From: Eledone cirrhosa
Lineage: Eukaryota
Direction of reading: 5' to 3'
Assembly: GCA_964016885.1 (NCBI GenBank)
Contig: OZ024753.1
Span: 20,398,001 to 20,462,000 of the forward strand
Length of the DNA: 64,000 nt
The position numbers and the translations under genes were made by a program. Shown here piece by piece: positions 27,201 to 39,910 of the stretch; position 1 is the first letter of the stretch, and each line of letters begins with the position of its first letter. The notes under the pieces are model-generated. The model was not told the DNA's origin. It searched no databases and saw only the letters and a list, made by a program, of their open reading frames with translations.

Positions 27201-30115
27201 TTGTGATACAGTATAGTGTCTGGGGAGTTGGGAAGGATCTGTGTGTGTTCTGATACAGTATAGTGTCTGGGGTGTTGGGAAGGATCTGTGTGTGTTGTGA
27301 TACAGTGTAGTGTCTGGGGATTTGGGAAGGATCTGTGTGTGTTGTGATACAGTGTAGTGTCTAGGGAGTTGGGAAGGATCTGTGTGTGTTGTGATACAGT
27401 ATAGTGTCTGGGGAGTTGGGAAGGATCTGTGTGCGTTGTGATACAGTATAGTGTCTGGGGTGTTGGGAAGGATCTGTGTGTGTTGTGATACAGTGTAGTG
27501 TCTGGGGTGTTGGGAAGGATCTGTGTGTTTTGTGATACAGTGTAGTGTCTGGGGTGTTGGGAAGGATCTGTGTGTGGTGTGATACAGTGTAGTGTCTGGA
27601 GAGTTGGGAAGGATCTGTGTGTGTTGTGATACAGTATAGTGTCTTGGGTGTTGGGAAGGATATGTGTGTGTTGTGATACAGTGTAGTGTCTGGGGAGTTG
27701 GGAAGCATCTGTGTGTGTTGTGATACAGTGTAGTGTCTGGGGTGTTGGGAAGGATCTGTGTGTGTTGTGATACAGTGTAGTGTCTGGGGTGTTGGGAAGG
27801 ATCTGTGTGTGTTGTGATACAGTATAGTGTCTGGGGAGTTGGGAAGGATATGTGTGTGTTGTGATACAGTGTAGTTACTGGGAAGTTGGGAAGGATCTGT
27901 GTGTGTTGTGATACAGTATAGTGTCTGGGGTGTTGGGAAGGATCTGTGTGTGTTGTGATAGTGTAGTGTCTGGGGTGTTGGGAAGGATATGTGTGTGTTG
28001 TGATACAGTATAGTGTCTGGGGAGTTGGGAAGGATCTGTGTGTGTTCTGATACAGTATAGTGTCTGGGGTGTTGGGAAGGATCTGTGTGTGTTGTGATAC
28101 AGTGTAGTGTCTGGGGATTTGGGAAGGATCTGTGTGTGTTGTGATACAGTGTAGTGTCTAGGGAGTTGGGAAGGATCTGTGTGTGTTGTGATACAGTATA
28201 GTGTCTGGGGAGTTGGGAAGGATCTGTGTGCGTTGTGATACAGTATAGTGTCTGGGGTGTTGGGAAGGATCTGTGTGTGTTGTGATACGGTGTAGTGTCT
28301 GGGGTGTTGGGAAGGATCTGTGTGTGTTGTGATACAGTGTAGTGTCTGGGGTGTTGGGAAGGATCTGTGTGTGTTGTGATACAGTATAGTGTCTGGGGAG
28401 TTGTGAAGAATCTGTGTGTGTTGTGATACAGTATAGTGTCTTGGGTGTTGGGAAGGATCTGTGTGTGTTGTGATACAGTGTAGTGTCTGGGGAGTTGGGA
28501 AGGATATGTGTGTGTTGTGATACAGTGTAGTGTCTGGGGAGTTGGGAAGGATCTGTGTGTGGTGTGATACAGTGTAGTGTCTGGAGAGTTGGGAAGGATC
28601 TGTGTGTGTTGTGATACAGTGTAGTGTCTGGGGAGTTGGGAAGGATCTGTGTGTGTTGTGATACAGTGTAGTGTCTGGGGAGTTGGGAAGCATCTGTGTG
28701 TGTTGTGATACAGTGTAGTGTCTGGGGAGTTGGGAAGGATCTGTGTGTGTTGTGATACAGTATAGTGTCTGGGGAGTTGGGAAGGATCTGTGTGTGTTGT
28801 GATACACTATAGTGTCTGGGGTGTTGGAAGGATCTGTGTGTGTTGTGATACAGTGTAGTGTCTGGGGAGTTGGGAAGGATCTGTGTGTGTTGTGATACAG
28901 TATAGTGTCTGGTGTGTTGGGAAGGATCTGTGTGTGTTGTGATACAGTGTAGTGTCTGGGGTGTTGGGAAGGATCTGTGTGTGTTGTGATACAGTGTAGT
29001 GTCTGGGGTGTTGGGAAGGATCTGTGTGTGTTGTGATACAGTATAGTGTCTGGGGAGTTGGGAAGGATCTGTGTGTGTTGTGATACAGTATAGTGTCTGG
29101 GGTGTTGGGAAGGATCTGTGTGTGTTGTGATACAGTGTAGTGTCTGGGGAGTTGGGAAGGATCTGTGTGTGTTGTGATACAGTGTAGTGTCTGTGGAGTT
29201 GGGAAGGATCTGTGTGAGTTGTGATACAGTGTAGTGTCTGGGGAGTTGGGAAGGATCTGTGTGTGTTGTGATACAGTATAGTGTCTGGGGAGTTGGGAAG
29301 GATCTGTGTGTGTTGTGATCCAGTATAGTGTCTGGGGAGTTGGGAAGGATCTGTGTGTGTTGTGATACAGTATAGTGTCTGGGGTGTTGGGAAGGATCTG
29401 TGTGTGTTGTGATACAGTGTAGTGTCTGGGGAGTTGGGAAGGATCTGTGTGTGTTGTGATACAGTGTAGTGTCTGGGGAGTTGGGAAGGATCTGTGTGTG
29501 GTGTGATACAGTGTAGTGTCTGGGGAGTTGGGAAGGATCTGTGTGTGTTGTGATACAGTGTAGTTACTGGGGAGTTGGGAAGGATCTGTGTGTGTTGTGA
29601 TACAGTATAGTGTCTGGGATGTTGGGAAGGATCTGTGTGTGTTGTGATACAGTGTAGTGTCTGGGGTGTTGGGAAGGATATGTGTGTGTTGTGATACAGT
29701 ATAGTGTCTGGGGAGTTGGGAAGGATCTGTGTGTGTTGTGATACAGTGTAGTTACTGGGGAGTTGGGAAGGATCTGTGTGTGTTGTGATACAGTATAGTG
29801 TCTGGGGTGTTGGGAAGGATCTGTGTGTGTTGTGATACAGTGTTGTGTCTGGGGTGTTGGGAAGGATCTGTGTGTGTTGTGATACAGTATAGTGTCTGGG
29901 GAGTTGGGAAGGATCTGTGTGTGTTCTGATACAGTATAGTGTCTGGGGTGTTGGGAAGGATCTGTGTGTGTTGTGATACAGTGTAGTGTCTGGGGATTTG
30001 GGAAGGATCTGTGTGTGTTGTGATACAGTGTAGTGTCTAGGGAGTTGGGAAGGATCTGTGTGTGTTGTGATACAGTATAGTGTCTGGGGAGTTGGGAAGG
30101 ATCTGTGTGCGTTGT
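27100..30115 (+). repeat. Copy 2 of the ~14-kb-offset duplication
   Basis: See markers for copy 1. ORF ends 13577/27708, 13744/27875 and 14862/28807 agree. Confidence 0.88.
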
Positions 30116-30191
30116 GATACAGTATAGTGTCTGGGGTGTTGGGAAGGATCTGTGTGTGTTGTGATACAGTATAGTGTCTTGGGTGTTGGGA

Positions 30192-33100
30192 AGGATCTGT
30201 GTGTGTTGTGATACAGTGTAGTGTCTAGGGAGTTGGGAAGGATCTGTGTGTGTTGTGATACAGTATAGTGTCTGGGGAGTTGGGAAGGATCTGTGTGCGT
30301 TGTGATACAGTATAGTGTCTGGGGTGTTGGGAAGGATCTGTGTGTGTTGTGATACAGTGTAGTGTCTGGGGTGTTGGGAAGGATCTGTGTGTGTTGTGAT
30401 ACAGTGTAGTGTCTGGGGTGTTGGGAAGGATCTGTGTGTGTTGTGATACAGTATAGTGTCTGGGGAGTTGGGAAGGATCTGTGTGTGTTGTGATACAGTA
30501 TAGTGTCTTGGGTGTTGGGAAGGATCTGTGTGTGTTGTGATACAGTGTAGTGCCTGGGGAGTTGGGAAGGATATGTGTGTGTTGTGATACAGTGTAGTGT
30601 CTGGGGAGTTGGGAAGGATCTGTGTGTGGTGTGATACAGTGTAGTGTCTGGAGAGTTGGGAAGGATCTGTGTGTGTTGTGATACAGTGTAGTGTCTGGGG
30701 AGTTGGGAAGGATCTGTGTGTGTTGTGATACAGTGTAGTGTCTGGGGAGTTGGGAAGGATCTGTGTGTGTTGTGATACAGTATAGTATCTGGGGAGTTGG
30801 GAAGGATCTGTGTGTGTTGTGATACAGTGTAGTGTCTGGGGAGTTGGGAAGGATCTGTGTGTGTTGTGATACAGTATAGTGTCTGGGGTGTTGGGAAGGA
30901 TCTGTGTGTGTTGTGATACAGTATAGTGTCTGGGGAGTTGGGAAGGATCTGTGTGTGTTGTGATACAGTATAGTGTCTGGGGTGTTGGAAGGATCTGTGT
31001 GTGTTGTGATACAGTGTAGTGTCTGGGGAGTTGGGAAGGATCTGTGTGTGTTGTGATACAGTATAGTGTCTGGTGTGTTGGGAAGGATCTGTGTGTGTTG
31101 TGATACAGTGTAGTGTCTGGGGTGTTGGGAAGGATCTGTGTGTGTTGTGATACAGTGTAGTGTCTGGGGTGTTGGGAAGGATCTGTGTGTGTTGTGATAC
31201 AGTATAGTGTCTGGGGAGTTGGGAAGGATCTGTGTGTGTTGTGATACAGTATAGTGTCTGGGGAGTTGGGAAGGATCTGTGTGTGTTGTGATACAGTATA
31301 GTGTCTGGTGTGTTGGGAAGGATCTGTGTGTGTTGTGATACAGTGTAGTGTCTGGGGAGTTGGGATGGATCTGTGTGTGTTGTGATACAGTGTAGTGTCT
31401 GGGGAGTTGGGAAGGATCTGTGTGTGTTGTGATACAGTGTAGTGTCTGGGGAGTTGGGAAGGATCTGTGTGTGTTGTGATACAGTGTAGTGTCTGGGGAG
31501 TTGGGAAGGATCTGTGTGTGTTGTGATACAGTATAGTGTCTGGGGTGTTGGGAAGGATCTGTGTGTGTTGTGATACAGTGTAGTGTCTGGGGTGTTGGGA
31601 AGGATCTGTGTGTGTTTTGATACAGTATAGTGTCTGGGGAGTTGGGAAGGATCTGTGTGTGTTGTGATACAGTATAGTGTCTGGGGTGTTGGGAAGGATC
31701 TGTGTGTGTTGTAATACAGTGTAGTGTCTGGGGAGTTGGGAAGGATCTGTGTGTGTTGTGATACAGTGTAGTGCCTAGGGAGTTGGGAAGGATCTGTGTG
31801 TGTTGTGATACAGTATAGTGTCTGGTGAGTTGGGGAGGATCTGTGTGTGTTGTGATACAGTATAGTGTCTGGGGTTTTGGGAAGGATCTGTGTGTGTTGT
31901 GATAGAGTGTAGTGTCTGGGGTGTTGGGAAGGATCTGTGTGTGTTGTGATACAGTGTAGTGTCTGGGGTGTTGGGAAGAATCTGTGTGTGTTGTGATACA
32001 GTATAGTGTCTGGGGAGTTGGGAAGGATCTGTGTGTGTTGTGATACAGTATAGTGTCTTGGGTGTTGGGAAGGATCTGTGTGTGTTGTGATACAGTGTAG
32101 TGTCTGGGGAGTTGGGGAGGATCTGTGTGTGTTGTGATACAGTGTAGTGTCTGGGGAGTTGGGAAGGATATGTGTGTGTTGTGATACAGTATAGTGTCTG
32201 GGGAGTTGGGAAGGATCTGTGTGTGTTGTGATACAGTATAGTGTCTGGGGTGTTGGGAAGGATCTGTGTGTGTTGTGATACAGTGTAGTGTCTGATGAGT
32301 TGGGAAGGATCTGTGTGTGTTGTGATACAGTGTGTTGTCTGGGGTGTTGGGAAGGATCTGTGTGTGTTGTGATACAGTATAGTGTCTGGGAAGTTGGGAA
32401 GGATCTGTGTGTGTTGTGATACAGTATAGTGTCTGGGGAGTTGGGAAGGATCTGTGTGTGTTGTGATACAGTATAGTGTCTGGGGAGTTGGGAAGGATCT
32501 GTGTGTGTTGTGATACAGTATAGTGTCTGGGGTGTTGGGAAGGATCGGTGTGTGTTGTGATACAGTGTAGTGTCTGGGGAGTTGGGAAAGATCTGTGTGT
32601 GTTGTGATACAGTGTAGTGTCTGGGGAGTTGGGAAGGATCTGTGTGTGTTGTGATACAGTGTAGTGTCTGGGGAGTTGGGAAGGATCTGTGTGTGTTGTG
32701 ATACAGTGTAGTTACTGGGGAGTTGGGAAGGATCTGTGTGTGTTGTGATACAGTATAGTGTCTGGGGTGTTGGGAAGGATCTGTGTGTGTTGTGATACAG
32801 TTTAGTGTCTGGGGTGTTGGGAAGGATCTGTGTGTGTTGTGATACAGTATAGTGTCTGGGGAGTTGGGAAGGATCTGTGTGTGTTGTGATACAGTGTAGT
32901 TACTGGGGAGTTGGGAAGGATCTGTGTGTGTTGTGATACAGTATAGTGTCTGGGGTGTTGGGAAGGATCTGTGTGTGTTGTGATACAGTGTAGTGTCTGG
33001 GGTGTTGGGAAGGATCTGTGTGTGTTGTGATACAGTATAGTGTCTGGGGAGTTGGGAAGGATCTGTGTGTGTTCTGATACAGTATAGTGTCTGGGGTGTT

Positions 33101-36100
33101 GGGAAGGATCTGTGTGTGTTGTGATACAGTGTAGTGTCTGGGGATTTGGGAAGGATCTGTGTGTGTTGTGATACAGTGTAGTGTCTAGGGAGTTGGGAAG
33201 GATCTGTGTGTGTTGTGATACAGTATAGTGTCTGGGGAGTTGGGAAGGATCTGTGTGCGTTGTGATACAGTATAGTGTCTGGGGTGTTGGGAAGGATCTG
33301 TGTGTGTTGTGATACAGTGTAGTGTCTGGGGTGTTGGGAAGGATCTGTGTGTGTTGTGATACAGTGTAGTGTCTGGGGTGTTGGGAAGGATCTGTGTGTG
33401 TTGTGATACAGTATAGTGTCTGGGGAGTTGGGAAGGATCTGTGTGTGTTGTGATACAGTATAGTGTCTTAGGTGTTGGGAAGGATCTGTGTGTGTTGTGA
33501 TACAGTGTAGTGTCTGGGGAGTTGGGAAGGATATGTGTGTGTTGTGATACAGTGTAGTGACTGGGGAGTTGGGAAGGATCTGTGTGTGGTGTGATACAGT
33601 GTAGTGTCTGGAGAGTTGGGAAGGATCTGTGTGTGTTGTGATACAGTGTAGTGTCTGGGGAGTTGGGAAGGATCTGTGTGTGTTGTGATACAGTGTAGTG
33701 TCTGGGGAGTTGGGAAGCATCTGTGTGTGTTGTGATACAGTGTAGTGTCTGGGGAGTTGGGAAGAATCTGTGTGTGTTGTGATACAGTATAGTATCTGGG
33801 GAGTTGGGAAGGATCTGTGTGTGTTGTGATACAGTGTAGTGTCTGGGGAGTTGGGAAGGATCTGTGTGTGTTGTGATACAGTATAGTGTCTGGGGTGTTG
33901 CGAAGGATCTGTGTGTGTTGTGATACAGTATAGTGTCTGGGGAGTTGGGAAGGATCTGTGTGTGTTGTGATACAGTATAGTGTCTGGGGTGTTGGAAGGA
34001 TCTGTGTGTGTTGTGATACAGTGTAGTGTCTGGGGAGTTGGGAAGGATCTGTGTGTGTTGTGATACAGTATAGTGTCTGGTGTGTTGGGAAGGATCTGTG
34101 TGTGTTGTGATACAGTGTAGTGTCTGGGGTGTTGGGAAGGATCTGTGTGTGTTGTGATACAGTGTAGTGTCTGGGGTGTTGGGAAGGATCTGTGTGTGTT
34201 GTGATACAGTATAGTGTCTGGGGAGTTGGGAAGGATCTGTGTGTGTTGTGATACAGTATAGTGTCTGGGGAGTTGGGAAGGATATGTGTGTGTTGTGATA
34301 CAGTATAGTGTCTGGGGTGTTGGGAAGGATCTGTGTGTGTTGTGATACAGTGTAGTGTCTGGGGAGTTGGGATGGATCTGTGTGTGTTGTGATACAGTGT
34401 AGTGTCTGGGGAGTTGGGAAGGATCTGTGTGTGTTGTGATACAGTGTAGTGTCTGGGGAGTTGGGAAGGATCTGTGTGTGTTGTGATACAGTGTAGTGTC
34501 TGGGGAGTTGGGGAGGATCTGTGTGTGTTGTGATACAGTATAGTGTCTGGGGTTTTGGGAAGGATATGTGTGTGTTGTGATAGAGTGTAGTGTCTGGGGT
34601 GTTGGGAAGGATCTGTGTGTGTTGTGATACAGTGTAGTGTCTGGGGTGTTGGGAAGAATCTGTGTGTGTTGTGATACAGTATAGTGTCTGGGGAGTTGGG
34701 AAGGATCTGTGTGTGTTGTGATACAGTATAGTGTCTTGGGTGTTGGGAAGGATCTGTGTGTGTTGTGATACAGTGTAGTGTCTGGGGAGTTGGGGAGGAT
34801 CTGTGTGTGTTGTGATACAGTGTAGTGTCTGGGGAGTTGGGAAGGATATGTGTGTGTTGTGATACAGTATAGTGTCTGGGGAGTTGGGAAGGATCTGTGT
34901 GTGTTGTGATACAGTATAGTGTCTGGGGTGTTGGGAAGGATCTGTGTGTGTTGTGATACAGTGTAGTGTCTGATGAGTTGGGAAGGATCTGTGTGTGTTG
35001 TGATACAGTGTGTTGTCTGGGGTGTTGGGAAGGATCTGTGTGTGTTGTGATACAGTATAGTGTCTGGGAAGTTGGGAAGGATCTGTGTGTGTTGTGATAC
35101 AGTATAGTGTCTGGGGAGTTGGGAAGGATCTGTGTGTGTTGTGATACAGTATAGTGTCTGGGGAGTTGGGAAGGATCTGTGTGTGTTGTGATACAGTATA
35201 GTGTCTGGGGTGTTGGGAAGGATCGGTGTGTGTTGTGATACAGTGTAGTGTCTGGGGAGTTGGGAAGGATCTGTGTGTGTTGTGATACAGTGTAGTGTCT
35301 GGGGAGTTGGGAAGGATCTGTGTGTGTTGTGATACAGTGTAGTGTCTGGGGAGTTGGGAAGGATCTGTGTGTGTTGTGATACAGTGTAGTTACTGGGGAG
35401 TTGGGAAGGATCTGTGTGTGTTGTGATACAGTATAGTGTCTGGGGTGTTGGGAAGGATCTGTGTGTGTTGCGATACAGTTTAGTGTCTGGGGTGTTGGGA
35501 AGGATCTGTGTGTGTTGTGATACAGTATAGTGTCTGGGGAGTTGGGAAGGATCTGTGTGTGTTGTGATACAGTGTAGTTACTGGGGAGTTGGGAAGGATC
35601 TGTGTGTGTTGTGATACAGTATAGTGTCTGGGGTGTTGGGAAGGATCTGTGTGTGTTGTGATACAGTGTAGTGTCTGGGGTGTTGGGAAGGATCTGTGTG
35701 TGTTGTGATACAGTATAGTGTCTGGGGAGTTGGGAAGGATCTGTGTGTGTTCTGATACAGTATAGTGTATGGGGTGTTGGGAAGGATCTGTGTGTGTTGT
35801 GATACAGTGTAGTGTCTGGGGATTTGGGAAGGATCTGTGTGTGTTGTGATACAGTGTAGTGTCTAGGGAGTTGGGAAGGATCTGTGTGTGTTGTGATACA
35901 GTATAGTGTCTGGGGAGTTGGGAAGGATCTGTGTGCGTTGTGATACAGTATAGTGTCTGCGGTGTTGGGAAGGATCTGTGTGTGTTGTGATACAGTGTAG
36001 TGTCTGGGGTGTTGGGAAGGATCTGTGTGTGTTGTGATACAGTGTAGTGTCTGGGGTGTTGGGAAGGATCTGTGTGTGTTGTGATACAGTATAGTGTCTG

Positions 36101-39100
36101 GGGAGTTGGGAAGGATCTGTGTGTGTTGTGATACAGTATAGTGTCTTGGGTGTTGGGAAGGATCTGTGTGTGTTGTGATACAGTGTAGTGTCTGGGGAGT
36201 TGGGAAGGATATGTGTGTGTTGTGATACAGTGTAGTGACTGGGGAGTTGGGAAGGATCTGTGTGTGGTGTGATACAGTGTAGTGTCTGGAGAGTTGGGAA
36301 GGATCTGTGTGTGTTGTGATACAGTGTAGTGTCTGGGGAGTTGGGAAGGATCTGTGTGTGTTGTGATACAGTGTAGTGTCTGGGGAGTTGGGAAGCATCT
36401 GTGTGTGTTGTGATACAGTGTAGTGTCTGGGGAGTTGGGAAGGATCTGTGTGTGTTGTGATACAGTATAGTATCTGGGGAGTTGGGAAGGATCTGTGTGT
36501 GTTGTGATACAGTGTAGTGTCTGGGGAGTTGGGAAGGATCTGTGTGTGTTGTGATACAGTATAGTGTCTGGGGTGTTGCGAAGGATCTGTGTGTGTTGTG
36601 ATACAGTATAGTGTCTGGGGAGTTGGGAAGGATCTGTGCGTGTTGTGATACAGTATAGTGTCTGGGGTGTTGGAAGGATCTGTGTGTGTTGTGATACAGT
36701 GTAGTGTCTGGGGAGTTGGGAAGGATCTGTGTGTGTTGTGATACAGTATAGTGTCTGGTGTGTTGGGAAGGATCTGTGTGTGTTGTGATACAGTGTAGTG
36801 TCTGGGGTGTTGGGAAGGATCTGTGTGTGTTGTGATACAGTGTAGTGTCTGGGGTGTTGGGAAGGATCTGTGTGTGTTGTGATACAGTATAGTGTCTGGG
36901 GAGTTGGGAAGGATCTGTGTGTGTTGTGATACAGTATAGTGTCTGGGGAGTTGGGAAGGATATGTGTGTGTTGTGATACAGTATAGTGTCTGGGGTGTTG
37001 GGAAGGATCTGTGTGTGTTGTGATACAGTGTAGTGTCTGGGGAGTTGGGATGGATCTGTGTGTGTTGTGATACAGTGTAGTGTCTGGGGAGTTGGGAAGG
37101 ATCTGTGTGTGTTGTGATACAGTGTAGTGTCTGGGGAGTTGGGAAGGATCTGTGTGTGTTGTGATACAGTGTAGTGTCTGGGGAGTTGGGAAGGATCTGT
37201 GTGTTGTGATACAGTATAGTGTCTGGGGTGTTGGGAAGGATCTGTGTGTGTTGTGATACAGTGTAGTGTCTGGGGAGTTGGGAAGGATATGTGTGTGTTG
37301 TGATACAGTGTAGTGTCTGGGGAGTTGGGAAGGATCTGTGTGTGTTGTGATACAGTGTAGTGTCTGGGGAGTTGGGAAGGATCTGTGTGTGTTGTGATAC
37401 AGTATAGTGTCTGGGGTGTTGGGAAGGATCTGTGTGTGTTGTGATACAGTGTAGTGTCTGGGGTGTTGGGAAGGATCTGTGTGTGTTGTGATACAGTATA
37501 GTGTCTGGGGAGTTGGGAAGGATCTGTGTGTGTTGTGATACAGTATAGTGTCTGGGGTGTTGGGAAGGATCTGTGTGTGTTGTAATACAGTGTAGTCTCT
37601 GGGGAGTTGGGAAGGATCTGTGTGTGTTGTGATACAGTGTAGTGCCTAGGGAGTTGGGAATGATCTGTGTGTGTTGTGATACAGTATAGTGTCTGGGGAG
37701 TTGGGGAGGATCTGTGTGTGTTGTGATACAGTATAGTGTCTGGGGTTTTGGGAAGGATCTGTGTGTGTTGTGATAGAGTGTAGTGTCTGGGGTGTTGGGA
37801 AGGATCTGTGTGTGTTGTGATACAGTGTAGTGTCTGGGGTGTTGGGAAGAATCTGTGTGTGTTGTGATACAGTATAGTGTCTGGGGAGTTGGGAAGGATC
37901 TGTGTGTGTTGTGATACAGTATAGTGTCTTGGGTGTTGGGAAGGATCTGTGTGTGTTGTGATACAGTGTAGTGTCTGGGGAGTTGGGGAGGATCTGTGTG
38001 TGTTGTGATACAGTGTAGTGTCTGGGGAGTTGGGAAGGATATGTGTGTGTTGTGATACAGTATAGTGTCTGGGGAGTTGGGAAGGATCTGTGTGTGTTGT
38101 GATACAGTATAGTGTCTGGGGTGTTGGGAAGGATCTGTGTGTGTTGTGATACAGTGTAGTGTCTGATGAGTTGGGAAGGATCTGTGTGTGTTGTGATACA
38201 GTGTGTTGTCTGGGGTGTTGGGAAGGATCTGTGTGTGTTGTGATACAGTATAGTGTCTGGGAAGTTGGGAAGGAACTGTGTGTGTTGTGATACAGTATAG
38301 TGTCTGGGGAGTTGGGAAGGATCTGTGTGTGTTGTGATACAGTATAGTGTCTGGGGAGTTGGGAAGGATCTGTGTGTGTTGTGATACAGTATAGTGTCTG
38401 GGGTGTTGGGAAGGATCGGTGTGTGTTGTGATACAGTGTAGTGTCTGGGGAGTTGGGAAGGATCTGTGTGTGTTGTGATACAGTGTAGTGTCTGGGGAGT
38501 TGGGAAGGATCTGTGTGTGTTGTGATACAGTGTAGTGTCTGGGGAGTTGGGAAGGATCTGTGTGTGTTGTGATACAGTGTAGTTACTGGGGAGTTGGGAA
38601 GGATCTGTGTGTGTTGTGATACAGTATAGTGTCTGGGGTGTTGGGAAGGATCTGTGTGTGTTGTGATACAGTTTAGTGTCTGGGGTGTTGGGAAGGATCT
38701 GTGTGTGTTGTGATACAGTATAGTGTCTGGGGAGTTGGGAAGGATCTGTGTGTGTTGTGATACAGTGTAGTTACTGGGGAGTTGGGAAGGATCTGTGTGT
38801 GTTGTGATACAGTATAGTGTCTGGGGTGTTGGGAAGGATCTGTGTGTGTTGTGATACAGTGTAGTGTCTGGGGTGTTGGGAAGGATCTGTGTGTGTTGTG
38901 ATACAGTATAGTGTCTGGGGAGTTGGGAAGGATCTGTGTGTGTTCTGATACAGTATAGTGTCTGGGGTGTTGGGAAGGATCTGTGTGTGTTGTGATACAG
39001 TGTAGTGTCTGGGGATTTGGGAAGGATCTGTGTGTGTTGTGATACAGTGTAGTGTCTAGGGAGTTGGGAAGGATCTGTGTGTGTTGTGATACAGTATAGT

Positions 39101-39910
39101 GTCTGGGGAGTTGGGAAGGATCTGTGTGCGTTGTGATACAGTATAGTGTCTGGGGTGTTGGGAAGGATCTGTGTGTGTTGTGATACAGTGTAGTGTCTGG
39201 GGTGTTGGGAAGGATCTGTGTGTGTTGTGATACAGTGTAGTGTCTGGGGTGTTGGGAAGGATCTGTGTGTGTTGTGATACAGTATAGTGTCTGGGGAGTT
39301 GGGAAGGATCTGTGTGTGTTGTGATACAGTATAGTGTCTTGGGTGTTGGGAAGGATCTGTGTGTGTTGTGATACAGTGTAGTGTCTGGGGAGTTGGGAAG
39401 GATATGTGTGTGTTGTGATACAGTGTAGTGACTGGGGAGTTGGGAAGGATCTGTGTGTGGTGTGATACAGTGTAGTGTCTGGAGAGTTGGGAAGGATCTG
39501 TGTGTGTTGTGATACAGTGTAGTGTCTGGGGAGTTGGGAAGGATCTGTGTGTGTTGTGATACAGTGTAGTGTCTGGGGAGTTGGGAAGCATCTGTGTGTG
39601 TTGTGATACAGTGTAGTGTCTGGGGAGTTGGGAAGGATCTGTGTGTGTTGTGATACAGTATAGTGTCTGGGGTGTTGCGAAGGATCTGTGTGTGTTGTGA
39701 TACAGTATAGTGTCTGGGGAGTTGGGAAGGATCTGTGTGTGTTGTGATACAGTATAGTGTCTGGGGTGTTGGAAGGATCTGTGTGTGTTGTGATACAGTG
39801 TAGTGTCTGGGGAGTTGGGAAGGATCTGTGTGTGTTGTGATACAGTATAGTGTCTGGTGTGTTGGGAAGGATCTGTGTGTGTTGTGATACAGTGTAGTGT
39901 CTGGGGTGTT
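30192..39910 (+). repeat. Copy 2 of the 30,191-bp-offset duplication. Homology continues with whole-monomer indels to about 42,100 (matching about 11,100)
   Basis: Same markers as copy 1. Downstream shared markers are TACAATA ~10028/40831, GGGGAGTATC ~10100/40902, GGTAAGG ~10237/41041 and TAGTCTGT ~10975/41965. Confidence 0.93.
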
